Below, in pieces: positions 11,840-26,060 of a DNA stretch of 64,000 bases. The notes under the pieces are model-generated. The model worked only from the letters and a program-made list of their open reading frames with translations. It ran no database searches and was not told where the DNA came from. This stretch comes from Eledone cirrhosa (Eukaryota): contig OZ024743.1 of the NCBI GenBank assembly GCA_964016885.1, positions 107,694,001 through 107,758,000 of the forward strand. The letters are read 5' to 3'. A program made the translations under genes and the position numbers. The first letter of the stretch is position 1; each line of letters opens with the position of its first letter.

Positions 11840-12580
11840 GATAAGGACAGATCTTCCTTCCAATTTGGAGTCACTGTCCTGGAGTGTTCTAATATTCCAG
11901 GAACCAAAATTTACACAATTTCTTATAATTTTGTTTTGACCGCGTATTTCGATCGCCAGATAGCTGCGGTTGATGCCATATTAAAGCATTGTGTAAGCAT
12001 TTGTTTTGGATTCATGTGTAGGAAAAGGAGTGCTATGTCTAAAAAGCCTGCTTTGTCACCGTCTGGAAACACGAATAACATTACTAATATTTTGTGCACA
12101 AACAGCCATCATCTGATGATCGCCACTATGTTGATCACCAGCTAAGGACTTCCAGTAATACTCTTTTCTTATTTCCGTCACCTTTGCTCTCTCACCAGTG
12201 TTCGTTGTGTTAGTGAAATGGGAGAGCTGTTAACCATATACAAGAATGAGAGATAACCATACACAAGAATGGTTTACAGTAGCGAACGCTTGTGTAGGGC
12301 CAACCACACTTTTTAGAAATGATAATAACAAAGGATTGCTGTAGAATATTGCCACGAACCTAGTGAACAATACACCTCAGGTACTGGAAGGCCAATAACT
12401 CTCATAAGTTCTTCCACTCTTTTAAATTAATTTTGTTTTTCGTCTCACGGGATGTCCAAAAACCACCTTCCTCACCAAGCAAGCTTGGTTTAGTTGCTGG
12501 TTTAGTCACCGACGACCCACTATTAGACAGGTTATACTGGGTTATATGTTACCAGTAGCATCTAAGAGTGACCAGACATA
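11840..12580 (-). mobile_element. Possible decayed RTE LINE 5' region
   Basis: Minus-strand CTTGCTTGGTGAGGAAGGTGGTTTTTGGACATCCCGTGAGACGAAAAAC resembles RTE 5' UTRs from recollection only; the coding remnant is not clearly readable. Confidence 0.3.
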
Positions 12581-12644
12581 AATATATGAATGCGTGTTTG
12601 TGTATGTGATTGATCGTATGTGAGCGTCTATATATGTGCATCAT

Positions 12645-12990
12645 CATTACTATCCAGTTTTTGATTATGCAGGACACAAATAATCGCTCCATGTCTTATT
12701 TGGGCCAGGCCAAACCTAGATTGATGCCGACGGACATCCTCCATCTAAGTCCTTTTTGGTCTTACTGGGCCTCTACTGCCGCCTGGATCGACATTCATCA
12801 TTTTGCTGATCCAGCCCTCACTGCGCTCGACATGGCCGTACCAGTGCATGCGTCTTGTGTGAAGCGCATCCCCGAGGTCGTCGATCAGCAGTCTTTTCAG
12901 GAGATCAGTTGAGCTAACAACATCCTCAGTCTTCACATCGCACATCCATGGGATAATAGCTCTGTCAATTCTTCTGAACCGATACAGACA
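12645..12990 (-). mobile_element. RTE-type LINE 3' fragment
   Basis: ORF 12745..12945: RRMHWYGHVERSEGW...GSRGPVRPKRT matches the LRW.GHV.R...G.R..GRP..T C-terminal motif. Confidence 0.75.
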
Positions 12991-14964
12991 GTTGCATGTG
13001 TGTGTTCTTATAATTGTGTGTTATATTTTGAAAAGGATACTATTTAGGTTATTTTTAAACAAAACTAAAAATGTCTTACAAGAAAAAGAGAAATTAACTG
13101 AAATTAAAGTTTTTGACGCAATAGATGGATTCAAAAGTGGCATGATATCACATTGAAGATCTTATTTCCCAGAGAACAAATCTAGAGCATTATTTAACGC
13201 AATAATTTATATAATATCGTGTTTCTTTCGGGATAAATATACTTCTTGGTCAGAATTTTCAAATACTTAATGCTTGTCTCGTTGCACTAGATGTCTGGAG
13301 CATTGATCCAGAAAATAATATAGCATATATATATATATAATTACATTCATATACACATACGCACATTCATAAACACACGCACACGCACGCACAAACACAC
13401 ACACAACAAAAAACATATACGCACACACACACTGATACTAACAGCAATATGAGACAGAATATCTGCTGTGTGTAGATACATTTCTATGGTAATACGTACT
13501 TGTGTTTATATATAACGGCATCAGTACATTACGTGTATATTTTCTTCTATTTGGCACATTATACTGTTGTCCAATGTCCGTGCATTTGTGTATGTGTACT
13601 AAATACAGAAATATATATGCCTGCGGTATATCACAAAATCGGATTTTCATTTGAAGATACCGTTCTCATAACAATAACAACTGCATAAATTACATCTTGG
13701 ATTGCATAAGAGAACCGTTCAAATAATTATTATGAATAACGATTTATGTAACATCAGCATCTTTCTTAAACTTATACTTATGCATATAAATATATACATT
13801 TCTCTGTCTGTTTTAAGCATTGGTTACAGTATATCTCTGTTTAAGCTATTGTGGTTAATATATAAACCGTCATATTCTTCCTCATCAGTATTTTTCTTAT
13901 TATTATTATCAATATTATTATTAGCAGTACGATAGTTTTCCTGAATTTCTAGAAGAACAAACATGTACTGTTATACCCAACGCTCGCCACACAGGCGCTC
14001 CAATCTAGATTTCTTCACTTGCCAGTTTTTTCAAGGATTACATTATACAATATATCCTTGTATTCATAATATCGTTACAAACTACAGCCTAGCAACTTCC
14101 ACATAGGACCATATACATCATTGAATTTATAACGTCTGTCGGTAAGTATATAAAATGAATACCAGGCATGTACTTAGATTGCCTCATTAAACTGTTAATA
14201 TGGGACCTTATAGCTATGCTAGAAATCATTATTACTATCATAATAGTGTTATTTTCCCTCAAATTATATTTTCTATATTGGATGATATAAAGAGAGAGAA
14301 ATACAAACAGTTTTTTCTCTGACCTTTGTATCTCTGCCCAAATTGGGCCGTTGCCATTTTGTTTTTATTTTCTACTGCTTAAAATATATATGTAAGCCTC
14401 ACCATACACAGACGCATAAACACAACCCTCTAAAACACACAAACAGGAATATCGACCAAGGAAATAATAATCATACATCTAATTTATTTGATTTTGTATC
14501 GATTAGATTCATGCATTGTTTACAGATGTTTGTGATAAATAGAACAATTTCAAACAGAGTGTTACAAAACAAAAAAAACAAAAATGCTTTCACAAAAAAA
14601 TATACCAGAAAAAAAACGTAAATCATTGTGACTGATCATTACAAATATCCAGTTGGCAGAAACTTCATACGTTCTAGCCGTAGTGTGGGCCCCCTATACA
14701 TATAGTCATCTCTGCTGATTAACAAGTAATGATTGTAATGACTTGTAACGTTGGCACAAGGCCATAAATGTGTACAGGATATGATTGATGCTCGGGCGAA
14801 TTTACTCTACAATCCTCCGATACTAGAGTAAAAACCATTTTCATCATTATTCTTTACTTAAATGATAATAACAATAATAACAACAACAACAAAAATAATA
14901 TAAATAAAAGGTAGTTGCGATGATAATGACGACGAAGGCGATGAGGATAACGACGTCGATGATA

Positions 14965-14998
<34 letters not shown>

Positions 14999-15749
14999 CA
15001 TTTATTGACTAATACATGGGCTAAAATACAACGCAGCATGGGATTTAAATAAAGTAAATATTACCAAACGGAAAACAATAGGTATAACATAGGATCTATA
15101 AAAATACAAAACAATAACAAATTTTAACTAGAAAACTTTCCCCCAAAAGAGGAGCCTACACTTTAGTGTAATTCCAGGGAAAACTTCTCACAAAACCAAA
15201 GGCTACTGTTTCACTTCACGGTAATTGAATTAATTACCTTCTCTCGATTTCATTCCTGCTGCTTAGAAAAATATAATCAGTGTAGACCCATCCATTCAGT
15301 GACATCTATCTCACGGCTCTCCCATATTTTTATAAAAACGCTCTAGAAAACAATAGCTTTTCACTAACTTCATCCCCATTTTCCTGTGATACTTGAATAG
15401 ATTGAGGATGGTCTGGTCGAATAGAAGATTCCTATTCCAAGGTCCATCCTATAGCGTCTATCATCTAAGCTACCATAGAGTGTAAATGTCTTCGTAGTAA
15501 ACTGAGTTTTGAACCAGCGATCTGACAGTGAATCTTCGTTGAAATTTATAAATCATTTCTAGGTATTGCCACACCCTGAGATTTGGAACAAGCACAAATA
15601 TATATTGATATCTGACTAAGTACACATATGATACAAAGCCCAATGGCAAGAGAGCAAAGGCGATGGGGACAGATAAAGGGTAATATAGGAAGACCTTAGC
15701 TGGAGCTCCATATAGTAGATACCATGAAGTAATGGCCTTTAATACACAC

Positions 15750-18050
15750 ACATTTGAGCAATGTTATGCTCTTCATGTGCCCTGATGGTGACAAAGCAGG
15801 TCCTCTTTAGACATATCACTGATTTTCCAACACAGTAGGGTGACTGTAAAAGGAGCCCTAAATAAATTGCTTACTCAATCTTTTAACTTGGCAGTAAATC
15901 ACGGTTGTCAGGTTATCTAAATATACGATCGAAATAAAATAATGAATATGAATATACATTTTGGTTGCTGGAATGTGAGAACATTCCTGGACAGCATATA
16001 GTCTTGGAGAGATGATCAGCCTTCATTTGCAATGCACACAACAGATATATTATCGGTATCAGTGCAATAAGTGAAATCCGATTCTCTGGAACTTCCAAAA
16101 TAAAATTGGGTGAGTGGTACGTCTGGTCCGAAAAGAGTGAAGAAGACCACTGTCAGGCTGGTGTTCGTTTTGTCATTAGATCTGACATTGCTATATCCCT
16201 AACATCATTCCACAAAGGATCGGTGATGGCATGATTACTCTTTCTCTGGATTTAGCAAACAACTCCTTTGTTACTCTAGTGAGTTGTTACATCCCAACTC
16301 TTTATTCATCTGAGCAGGTTATCGTAACATTTGATGACCAGCCTCAGAGAGTGTTATCCACTGTTCCATAAAAAGATAAGCTCATCATATGGGAAATTTC
16401 AATGCTAGAGCTGGAGGTGACCATCAAACATGGCATGACATACTTGCGTTTAATGGTGTCGAAGCTATGAATTCAATTGGCTTAGGCTGCTTTCAGTGTC
16501 CAGGGAATTTCAATTTAGCATCGCTACCAGCTGTTTTTAACAACATTAAAACCATGAAACAACACGAATGCAACCATTATCCAAAGTTTGGCACGTTGTC
16601 TCCTATGAGAAGACACCTAGACTGGTTTCCTGAGAGCCACTTAATTGTCCAGAATTTTATCTGCAAGGTTGATAAACTCACAGCCTCTGGATTGGAGACA
16701 AATATTCGACAATTGAAAAGAAAACATAACGACTGCAAGCAGCAGGCATAGTTCTTGTATAAATAGCTGAAAGTGTGCCTGGTGTGTAGATAAAGCAGCT
16801 GATCTACAAGTCGATGTCGATAAAATTGACTCAATATTGTTTTATAACGGTCTGAATGTGGTGTATGAGCCGCCTGAGAGCTGATAAATCCAATAAATAT
16901 ATGTTCTGATGATACACCCCTATACACAAGTAAAGCTGAAATACTAGCTCGGTGGAAGGATCACATCGAAATGGTCCTAAATACTAAGTAAACGTTGTCA
17001 TCCAATAAAGTTCCTACTAAAGATGGCGTCCCACCTGAACTTTGCAAATATGGTAGTCAAATATTGTCTCGTAGGGCTTCTTTGACTATTTCTGGAAATC
17101 TGTAAGGTCGAACATATCTCTCAAGACTTCAGAGAAGCGTCTATAATCCATCGCTTCAAGAACAAAGCTAACAACTCTATCTGTGACAACTCTCGCATCA
17201 ACTACCTTCTCTCTATTGCTGGCAAGGTACTTGTCCGTGTCATTCCAAACAGAATTTTTGATGATATCTACTCTGAAATTCCATGTGGTTTCCGTAGAGA
17301 TCGGGATACTATTGACACTATATTTTCCCTTCACCAGATTGAAGTGAAGGTTCGTGGAAAGAACCGGAAACTTTTTAAGATCTTTGTCAATTTGACCAAA
17401 GCCTGTGACAAGTCAATCGCAAAGCTCTCTCAAACGTCCTATAAAAGTTTGGTATAACTGACAATATGCTGAATATTATATCTTTTGATGACAATTTATG
17501 TCAAATTGGTAATGCCCAGAACCCTCTGGTGTCACTGTCTTCATGTTATCTGTGGTTACGAACTTTCTGACAGAATCTATGCCGATCACTTTACAAGGTA
17601 CAACATCATTGGGATTGAATCATTTTCGATGCACACCCAACTATGTTGGGCTAGTCATGTCCCACGGAAACCTGAAGACTGCACACACAAGGTATTGCTA
17701 TGCAGTCAAGTTCATAAAGGTGCATCAATCTAGGCAGATCATACTCAAATAGAAAGTCATATTCAAACACAAACTTACATCTGTGAACATACCTCTCACC
17801 TCTTTTGAATGCCTAGTTGCTGACCGTGCAAAATGGAAAAATGTCTGCCATAAAGGTATAAAGCACTTTCAAAAATCTCGTCTGGTCCAACTTTCTGATC
17901 TAAGATCTAACACCAAGATCCAATCAAACATTTCATCCTACTCCGCTTAAAATCCTGCCATCTGCACTAAATATAGCTTGATGTGTAAATCAGAACCTGG
18001 GCTAAAGTGCAATTTAAGTTATAACCATAAAACAATTGAACTAAGTAAAC
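15750..18050 (+). mobile_element. Decayed RTE (BovB-like) LINE with APE and RT remnants
   Basis: FGCWNVRT (~15960), GNFNARAGGDHQTW (16389), LLSIAGKVLVRVI, CGFRRDRDTIDTIFSLHQI, IFVNLTKACD; many stops and frameshifts. Confidence 0.82.
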
Positions 18051-18225
18051 AATTGAACCCTCATACGTCGGTAGATGACGCAGTGTCCATCATATATATA
18101 TACACAATAGAAAAAACGAGAAAGATTCGTCTTCTGTCTGGGCATAGAGTGCTAGATTTGGTACCAACACCAGTATTTCGTCGTGTACTACCTACACTAT
18201 ATATATATAGAGAGAGAGGGGGGAG

Positions 18226-18257
18226 ATAGATAGATAGATAGATAGATAAATAGATAA

Positions 18258-18331
<74 letters not shown>
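18226..18331. repeat. (GATA)n microsatellite
   Basis: Direct reading. Confidence 0.97.
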
Positions 18332-18552
18332 GTATATGTATATATTCATAGAATAATGAGATGTCCATGCAAGGAAGCTGTTAAAACTGCAAAATGATAG
18401 CGTCGGGTAAAATTTACCGCAAATCAGCGGCTAGAAGTGTGTTGGCCCGCAGAAGTGATAGGAAGAAAGGAGAAAAGAAAGAATGTACGGGAGAAGATCA
18501 AACAAACATTTATATACATCATCAGCTTTTAAACCGGCTGTGGATTCACACG

Positions 18553-18590
<38 letters not shown>

Positions 18591-19241
18591 GTGTGTGTCT
18601 GCGTGTAGATATATAAACATTGTAAATATATATATGTATGTAAAAGGTAAACAGATATATATATATATATATATATATAAATATATATATATATACATAA
18701 AATACACACAGATATGTAGAGATTTAGGCGTGAACATATCTAAAAAAAGCAGACGAAAATCCTATACGTACACACTTACTCCAACATAACAAACACACAC
18801 GCATAAACAAACGAGCAACCAAAACTACAACTACAAAAGTTTCGACAAAACTATGAAAGTCACATCAGCGACCATTTTGTTAATATAGATATTTGAAACA
18901 TAGAAATTTTATGCCTTACATTCTCATAATCTATTTCCTAATTAAAACATAAAAGGTAAACCTCTACGTTCGTCTTTCATTTATCTCTCATTTGAACTTT
19001 GTTTATCATTTTTCATGATTATAATAACCGACGTATTATTAATAATTTTGCAGTCTTAATGCAGCAATTTGTCTATGATAACCCCTCCGTCATCTCTGTA
19101 GTCATCATCGGTTTGATGATTATGGTAGAGACTTTCTGATATTTCCTGTTATAAATGATGATCATGTTGCATATATTAATATATATTATACATTCATACG
19201 TCTGTACGCAAGCAAGCGCATGCATTAATATGCAAATGCAT

Positions 19242-19347
<106 letters not shown>

Positions 19348-19583
19348 TTGTGTGTTTGTGTGTGTGTGTATACATATATGTGTACATACTATGTATACAT
19401 ATTATATATTTATGTGTGTGTGTGTGATTGTGTTTATTTCTATGAATGCATGCGTGCGTGTATTTTATGTCTCGATACGTATATATAATGTTGATGAAAT
19501 GAAGAGAGTGATACTTTTGACTATATTTATGTATTATTCAATACACACTATGTGTGTCTATATAATAGTTATACTCGTCTAAA

Positions 19584-19625
<42 letters not shown>

Positions 19626-19639
19626 CACACACACGCATC

Positions 19640-19670
<31 letters not shown>

Positions 19671-19709
19671 TTATATTTATATACACACACCTGTATATAT
19701 ATATATATG

Positions 19710-19783
<74 letters not shown>

Positions 19784-20089
19784 GCACAAAACATGAAATG
19801 AAAGAAAGATTTATTAAGTATCGTAAAATATTATATGATATAATAAAATCGCTCTTTGCTCTCCACTCTCTCTCTCCCTTACTCAATTTATATCTTGCTT
19901 TCTCTCTTAACTCTTTTATTGATAGAATGTTTGTTTCAAAAGTTTGTTTCAAAATCTCTGCTTTTAAGTTACCGTTACCCTCAAAACAACCAAGTTGTAA
20001 ACTACCAAACCATGTATAGATATTCATTCTCTCTCTTTCAGTCTCTCTCTTTTTGTCGCTGACTTTCATTCTCTCTTATAGATATAAAT

Positions 20090-20455
<366 letters not shown>

Positions 20456-21044
20456 TACATGCATATACACTAAATATATATTAGCATTCTGTACAAAATA
20501 TAATATACATTGACGCTGTCTTTATAGACAAAAGTAAAAAAAAAAAAAACAACCCTCCAAACACAGTATCGATCCAATATTTTGCATTAGCTTAAAATTA
20601 TGTTTCATCTACTTATTTCCTTTAATGTCTGCAGTTGATGTTTCATTTGTTGTCATCTTTGTTGTTGTTACGGTTTTTTTTTTTTTTTTACTAGTTGATG
20701 TAGTGGTGACTAATACTTTAAAGGTTCATTAAGATTTTACTAGAATCAAGGAAAATAAATGTCGAAAGTAAAAAGCAAACCTCATAAAAGCTAAATATTT
20801 CCTGTGATAAACTGGTTTACAGATTTGGTGCATTTCCCTCGTTTGATTTGTTTGTTAGTTTGCTATATTTTTCGTTTTTTTTTTCTGTTGTTTTTTTGTT
20901 TTTTTTTTTGTCATTCCGTAAACATAAGTTTATGGAAGTTGGTCGATCGAAGGAGATGCTCCGAAATGAGTTATGGATAAAGTTTTTTAAACTAATAAAC
21001 TATTCGTTATTTCCGCAAAGAAATTAATATATTAAGACATTCTA

Positions 21045-21265
21045 AGAGTGTTGAATTGGCAGAATTGTTAGAGCATCGGATAATACGTCATTGCTTAATT
21101 TATTCTGCTTCTTTAAATACTGAATTCAAATCCCACCAAGGTCAAATTTGCATTTACTCCTCGTGGAGCCAATAAAATAAAGTACCATTACTGGCGTTGA
21201 TCTAATCAACATCGGCTTTTCTCAAGTTTGACTTGCCATGTGCCTAAATTTTATAAAATTATATT
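21045..21265 (+). mobile_element. tRNA-derived SINE (diverged)
   Basis: Box A-like TGGCAGAATTGTTAGAGC, box B-like GAATTCAAATCC and the tail TTGCCATGTGCCTAAA. Confidence 0.7.
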
Positions 21266-21559
21266 AAGATCCTCTAAGCGTAAGACAACTGTCATTCGTG
21301 ACTGGTCAACCCGGGTATTGGATGTTCTTTTCAGAACGCGATGTGTGCAGATGTATCGGTTTCGCAACTATGAAGGGAAATAGAGCTGGTGTAAGATTAT
21401 TGATAAAAGATGCAGCCTCTGCGTAATATATATGGAATATGTATTCCATCATCTAAGCAGCTGTCCCAAGATTTCATAATGATATTACTTGTTTATGAGC
21501 CATGACACAGTGACCTAAATACTATCACTGCAATCCGTCGAAAGTATAGTCCTGAAAAT

Positions 21560-22200
21560 AAGTTTTAGTAATGTGGAACACATAAACATGCATAATATGA
21601 AAGAGTATTGGTGGAATGTTCCACTCAAACCCCAGTAAAATGAAACCATGACAGACCAGATATACTGATATGCGACAAAAAAAAAGAAGGCATGAAGTGT
21701 AGTGGAAATCAACTAACTTTACACAAGCTGTTAATAAAATGTTAAATATTAAAGATAAGGGGAACATTTGTGATGAAATAATGAGGGATCTGCAGATAAT
21801 CCACGCTGATTATAACATTTGATTTATACCTGTTGTCATGGGTACGCTTGGATATGTTGCTAACTACCTCAATACAAATCTTGAGAACCTGGGCTTCACA
21901 GAGACATAAGGAACACGGCAAGTTAGGAAACGGCAAGTACAGGCCATTAATGGAATTGTAAAATTATGTAAAATGTTTCAGAAATTTAGCATGTAACAAC
22001 TGAATATGTATACATCTAGATATAGAAGCATACGCATGTGTCCATATATAACTCGAAACATGCAGATTCATATATTCAATAACATCCATATCTGCACACT
22101 TACACGCGCACAATCACATCTAAACATAGACATATTTACCATGCAAATTCCAATAGAGGTATTTTGTTTCCATGTTAGAAATTGATTCTCTTTTGGGGAA
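21560..22200 (+). mobile_element. Decayed 3' fragment of an RLE-type (R4/Dong-like) LINE
   Basis: Frameshifted remnants WWNVPL, DRPDILICDKKK, VVEIN, IPVVMGTLGYV match the PD-(D/E)xK endonuclease C-terminus seen intact at 50299-50874. Confidence 0.6.
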
Positions 22201-22212
22201 AATATATAAAAT

Positions 22213-22313
22213 AATTGTTTCTACTTTTGGCACAATGCCAGCAATTACCCAGTGCTTACTGGTACTTTATTTTATCGACCCCGTAAGTATGAAAGGCAAA
22301 GTGAACCTCGGCA
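22213..22313 (-). mobile_element. SINE, partial
   Basis: Matches the 11494-11595 copy. Confidence 0.85.
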
Positions 22314-22375
22314 GAAAATATATAAAATTATGAAAATAAAATAATAAAACCACAGACCCTCCATCTCAACTCTAA

Positions 22376-22410
22376 TTTTGAAAAGCAGAAGAACTGCGAA
22401 ACCGGTAAAG
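22376..22410 (+). ncRNA. Minimal hammerhead-like motif with U3:A8 core
   Basis: TT-TTGAAAA(22378-84)-GCAG-AAGAA-CTGC-GAAA-CCGG-TA/AA. Palindromic ACCGGU stem III; stem I is only 2 bp. Confidence 0.6.
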
Positions 22411-22527
22411 GAACCAAATAAATATATATATTTAAAAAAAATAAGACTCCAGTTGCATTTTAGATTTCATCTTTATATATATATATATATATATATATAA
22501 AGATGAAATCTAAAATGCAACTGGAGT

Positions 22528-24339
22528 TCGGATAAAACTGGGAACCTATACTTTGTCAACCCTGACAGATACCACACACTGATCAGGAGCAGCCTAAACT
22601 CCACCTATAAAAAGGCCAACCACTCTTGCATCGAGGACATAAATCGAGAGGGACAACAAATCACCTCCAGCCTCAGGGTCGCCGACCGCACGGAACCTCT
22701 AGACCCACGGACACCATACTTCACACTGAAGGACCATAAATCCGATTTTGACCGTAAACCCTCCATCAGGCTTATTAACCCAACGAAGTCCGACATAGGA
22801 AGAATCAGCAAAAAAATCCTAGACCGCGTGATACCAAAAGTCAAGCAACACACCCGACTTAGCCTATGGATCAACACCCAGGAAGTAATCTCCTGGTTCA
22901 GCAATATGGAGGATAAACGAGAAACTAAATTCATACAGTTCGACATAGAGAGCTACTATGCTTCAATCACCGTACCGCTACTTACTGCCGCCTTGGACTT
23001 CGCCGAAACACTTGTGCCCATCACCGACCAGGAAAGAAAAATCATCCTCCACGCCAGGAAGACAGTCTTAATCTTTGACGACTCTAAATGGATAAAAAGA
23101 GCTCCCGACTCACCCTTCGACGTCAGCATGGGCGCCACGGATTCGGTGGAGGTCACAGATCTTATAGGATTATTCCTAATAGCCAAACTCACTGATATGT
23201 TTCCTGCATTCGGTGGTGGATTGTACCGTGATGATGGGCTCCTTACCCTTAAAGGGTACAACCCCAGTAGTACAGATCGGGTCCGGAAACAATTAATCAG
23301 ATTCTTCCGCGACTGGGGATTTAAAATAACCCTACAAACGTCCCTGACCCGAGTAAACTTCCTGGACGTGACCCTCGACCTCGAAAACGACCTGTACTAC
23401 CCATACAGGAAACCTAATGACAATCTGCACTACATCCACCGCCGATCAAACCATCCTAGGAACATCACAAACAACCTGGTCAAAAACATCTCCCTCCGCA
23501 TATCCCGTTTGTCAGCTAATGAGCGGATATTCGATGAACATGCGCCTTATTACAACCAGGCCCTCAAGCGGAGTGGTTTCCGGGAGGAAATATCCTACTG
23601 TCCAGCTCCCATTAACGGAACCAGCAGGAGACACCGCCGCTCACGCAATGTAACATGGTTCAATCCTCTCCACAACGCAGAGGTGACAACTCCCATCGGG
23701 AAACTATTCTTTAGGCTCATTGAAAAACACTTCCCATTACAACACCGCTACCACAATATAATTAACAAAAATACCATCAAACTCTCTTACAGCACTACAC
23801 CAAACTTCGCACAAAACATCGTCTCCTCTAACAACAAAAAACTCAACCCCGATGGCAGAAATAACCTAAATAGCAGTGGAGAACCGACCAGGAGGTGTAA
23901 CTGCCCGGATAGATCTATTTGCCCACTCGACAATAGATGCAGAGACCTTAATGTGATCTACCAGTGCAACGTGAGGACGGATACCTCCAACAAAGCCTAT
24001 ATAGGACTTACCGCATGTGACTTCAAGACCCGGCTATAGCAACATAGACATACCTTCCGAAACCCGGCCCGGCGTCACGCCACTACACTTTCGGGCCACA
24101 TATGGGACCTCAAGGACAACAACATCACCTATGATCTCACTTGGAGATTACTGTCCAGAGCTAATTCTTACACGGGAGGACGCCGTCCGTGCAATTTATG
24201 CTCGGAGGAAACTTTACAAATGCTGTTTTCGACGGACCAACTCCTAAACAAGAAAGATGAACTGGTTACTGCATGTAAACATAGATTGCGTAGGACTTAC
24301 CTCGCCCTCAAACCCCATAATGACCCGGGGGGGGGGTAG
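22528..24339 (+). pseudogene. PLE RT / GIY-YIG ORF with a single in-frame TAG (24037-24039)
   Basis: One frame from SDKTGNLY through FDIESYY, SMGATDSVEV, LYRDDGL, VNFLDV, CNCPDRSIC (CxCx5C), VIYQC...AYIGLT..FKTRL*QH and CNLCSEE...LNKKDELVTACKH to the stop at 24337-24339. Confidence 0.9.
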
Positions 24340-25450
24340 ACTAGGGCTATAACACCCCACTTGCCGATTTTGCAATGGGTAACCCCTGCTTGCCAAGGAA
24401 GACGTAAGATCTTCTTTGAATTCTTTTATCGCTTCCTTTATTTCCTTCCCCCCTCTCTCCTTAGTCCTTCTACCCCAGCTCTTCCCCTTTGTCGGCGTCT
24501 TTTCTCGCCCACCCGAGGCTGCCCTTTGGCCCTATGTAGCCTTAGTACCCCCACCACCCCTCCCCTAGTCTATGATAGATTTGGCGGACTCCGCCCTTTA
24601 TAGTAGTTGGCTTAGACCCCGGATACTTGCCCCCTTTTTCCGACCGCTCCCACTATTCTCTGTGCCCTCTATATTTCTTAGTGGCACTTATGCCTTATTT
24701 TTTCGTTTCAGTATTTCTTGCTTCGCTTTTCTTCTGGGCGGGGTGGATTCTGAATTTATTTCTCCGTATTCTACCTTTATTTCGTACGAACTTTCATGTA
24801 GCTTGTTTTAGATCTTTTAGAGTTAGCATTAGTATATATTTTTCTCGGGACTCAGAATTATTATCTCGTACAAGTTCACTTTGCTGCACTGGGTCGTTGC
24901 TGGCCCGGGATGGAAACCTTTATTGTTTATTTCGTGGTAGTCTCTTTAGTATTTTGGCCCCTTTTGTTGACCCGTCACCGTATCATTTACGTACTTATAC
25001 CTCTTAAAAGGGTCCTTGCCTATTCCGTCCCACGTAGTTCTTTTACTTATTTCGTTATTTCTTTATTTCTTTCTTTCTTTACTTCTTTCTTTCTTTATTT
25101 ATTTTATTCTAGCCTAACAATAGCCTGAGACCTAGGTCGTAGAATTTAATTTAGTTTACTTTTTTCTTTACACTTATTTGCTTTTCTTCACTCTCAGTAT
25201 CTTTTCTTTCCTATATATTTCTACCCCCCATTGTTCTACCTACCGTTCCGACTTCCTCCCCCTCCCCCTCCCCTGTATCTTCTTTGACCTCATGCCCAGC
25301 TGTAGCTGGCACTACCAACGCTTGATTGGGTCTACTCCACCCCCTCCCCTCTTTCTCCTACTGGCAGGTTTAGCCACCATCTCCCCTACTAATTTGCAAC
25401 CACAGAATTACTACTGATTTTTGACAATCACTTTGACCATATATGGAATT

Positions 25451-25544
25451 ACCCCTTGAGAAGATCGGCTATTTAAATACCAGGATAAACTTTCATTTAG
25501 CCCAGAATTAGCCGTCGAAACGGCTTGAGCTCAGCTGTCGGGGT
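25451..25544 (+). ncRNA. Type I hammerhead ribozyme with compensated U3:A8 core and long stem II loop
   Basis: Stem I ACCCC/GGGGT; TTGAGAA 25456-62; stem II GATCGGCTA/TAGCCGTC; GAAA 25517-20; stem III CGGC-TTGAGCTCA-GCTG; GUC with predicted cleavage after 25539. Confidence 0.85.
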
Positions 25545-25556
25545 CTTACTGGTTCC

Positions 25557-25587
<31 letters not shown>

Positions 25588-25643
25588 GAAGGTATAGAAA
25601 ATATTGTAGCAAAAAGCCTGTCCTTTGTATATATATATATATA

Positions 25644-25721
<78 letters not shown>

Positions 25722-25755
25722 AAGGAGAGGCACAAAAACAAAGAAAATAATCCAA

Positions 25756-25798
25756 GTCAATGAAGAGGTCACAGAATATGTGACGAAAGAACTTTGAC
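25756..25798 (+). ncRNA. Degenerate minimal hammerhead (C3>A)
   Basis: GTCA-ATGAAGA-G-GTCACA-GAATA-TGTGAC-GAAA-GAAC-TT/TGAC. Stems I and II pair, but the core and stem III are mutated. Confidence 0.55.
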
Positions 25799-26012
25799 AA
25801 TATACGAACAATCGTCTGGTTGTGGAACCAACTAACCAACCAACCGGAAATTTATAAATTCCTAAATTTATAAATTTAATTTATAATAAATTGAAGTGAA
25901 ACTACTGGTGCGTGTGTTTCTTATTGGCAACATGACCCTCCCAAAGTATAACAATAGCGGTTTCAACTAAACGTTTTCAGATAAAGAGTCTTGCTAAACA
26001 AATTCAGAAACG

Positions 26013-26060
<48 letters not shown>

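Larger units (their letters stand above)
22528..25556 (+). mobile_element. 5'-truncated Penelope-like retroelement, probably Hydra clade, in (TA)n
   Basis: RT plus GIY-YIG ORF, a ~1.1-kb pyrimidine-rich 3' region and a terminal HHR; (TA)n lies just upstream and immediately downstream. Confidence 0.88.

Noticed and set aside
14995-15530. Possible old Tx1-like 3' end on the minus strand after (GAT)n
   Set aside because: Only vague similarity to 35750-36300; no motif could be read.
24037-24039. In-frame stop in the PLE GIY-YIG as programmed recoding (selenocysteine or readthrough)
   Set aside because: It is TAG, not TGA, at a position where Tyr (TAT/TAC) would fit; a point mutation is simpler.
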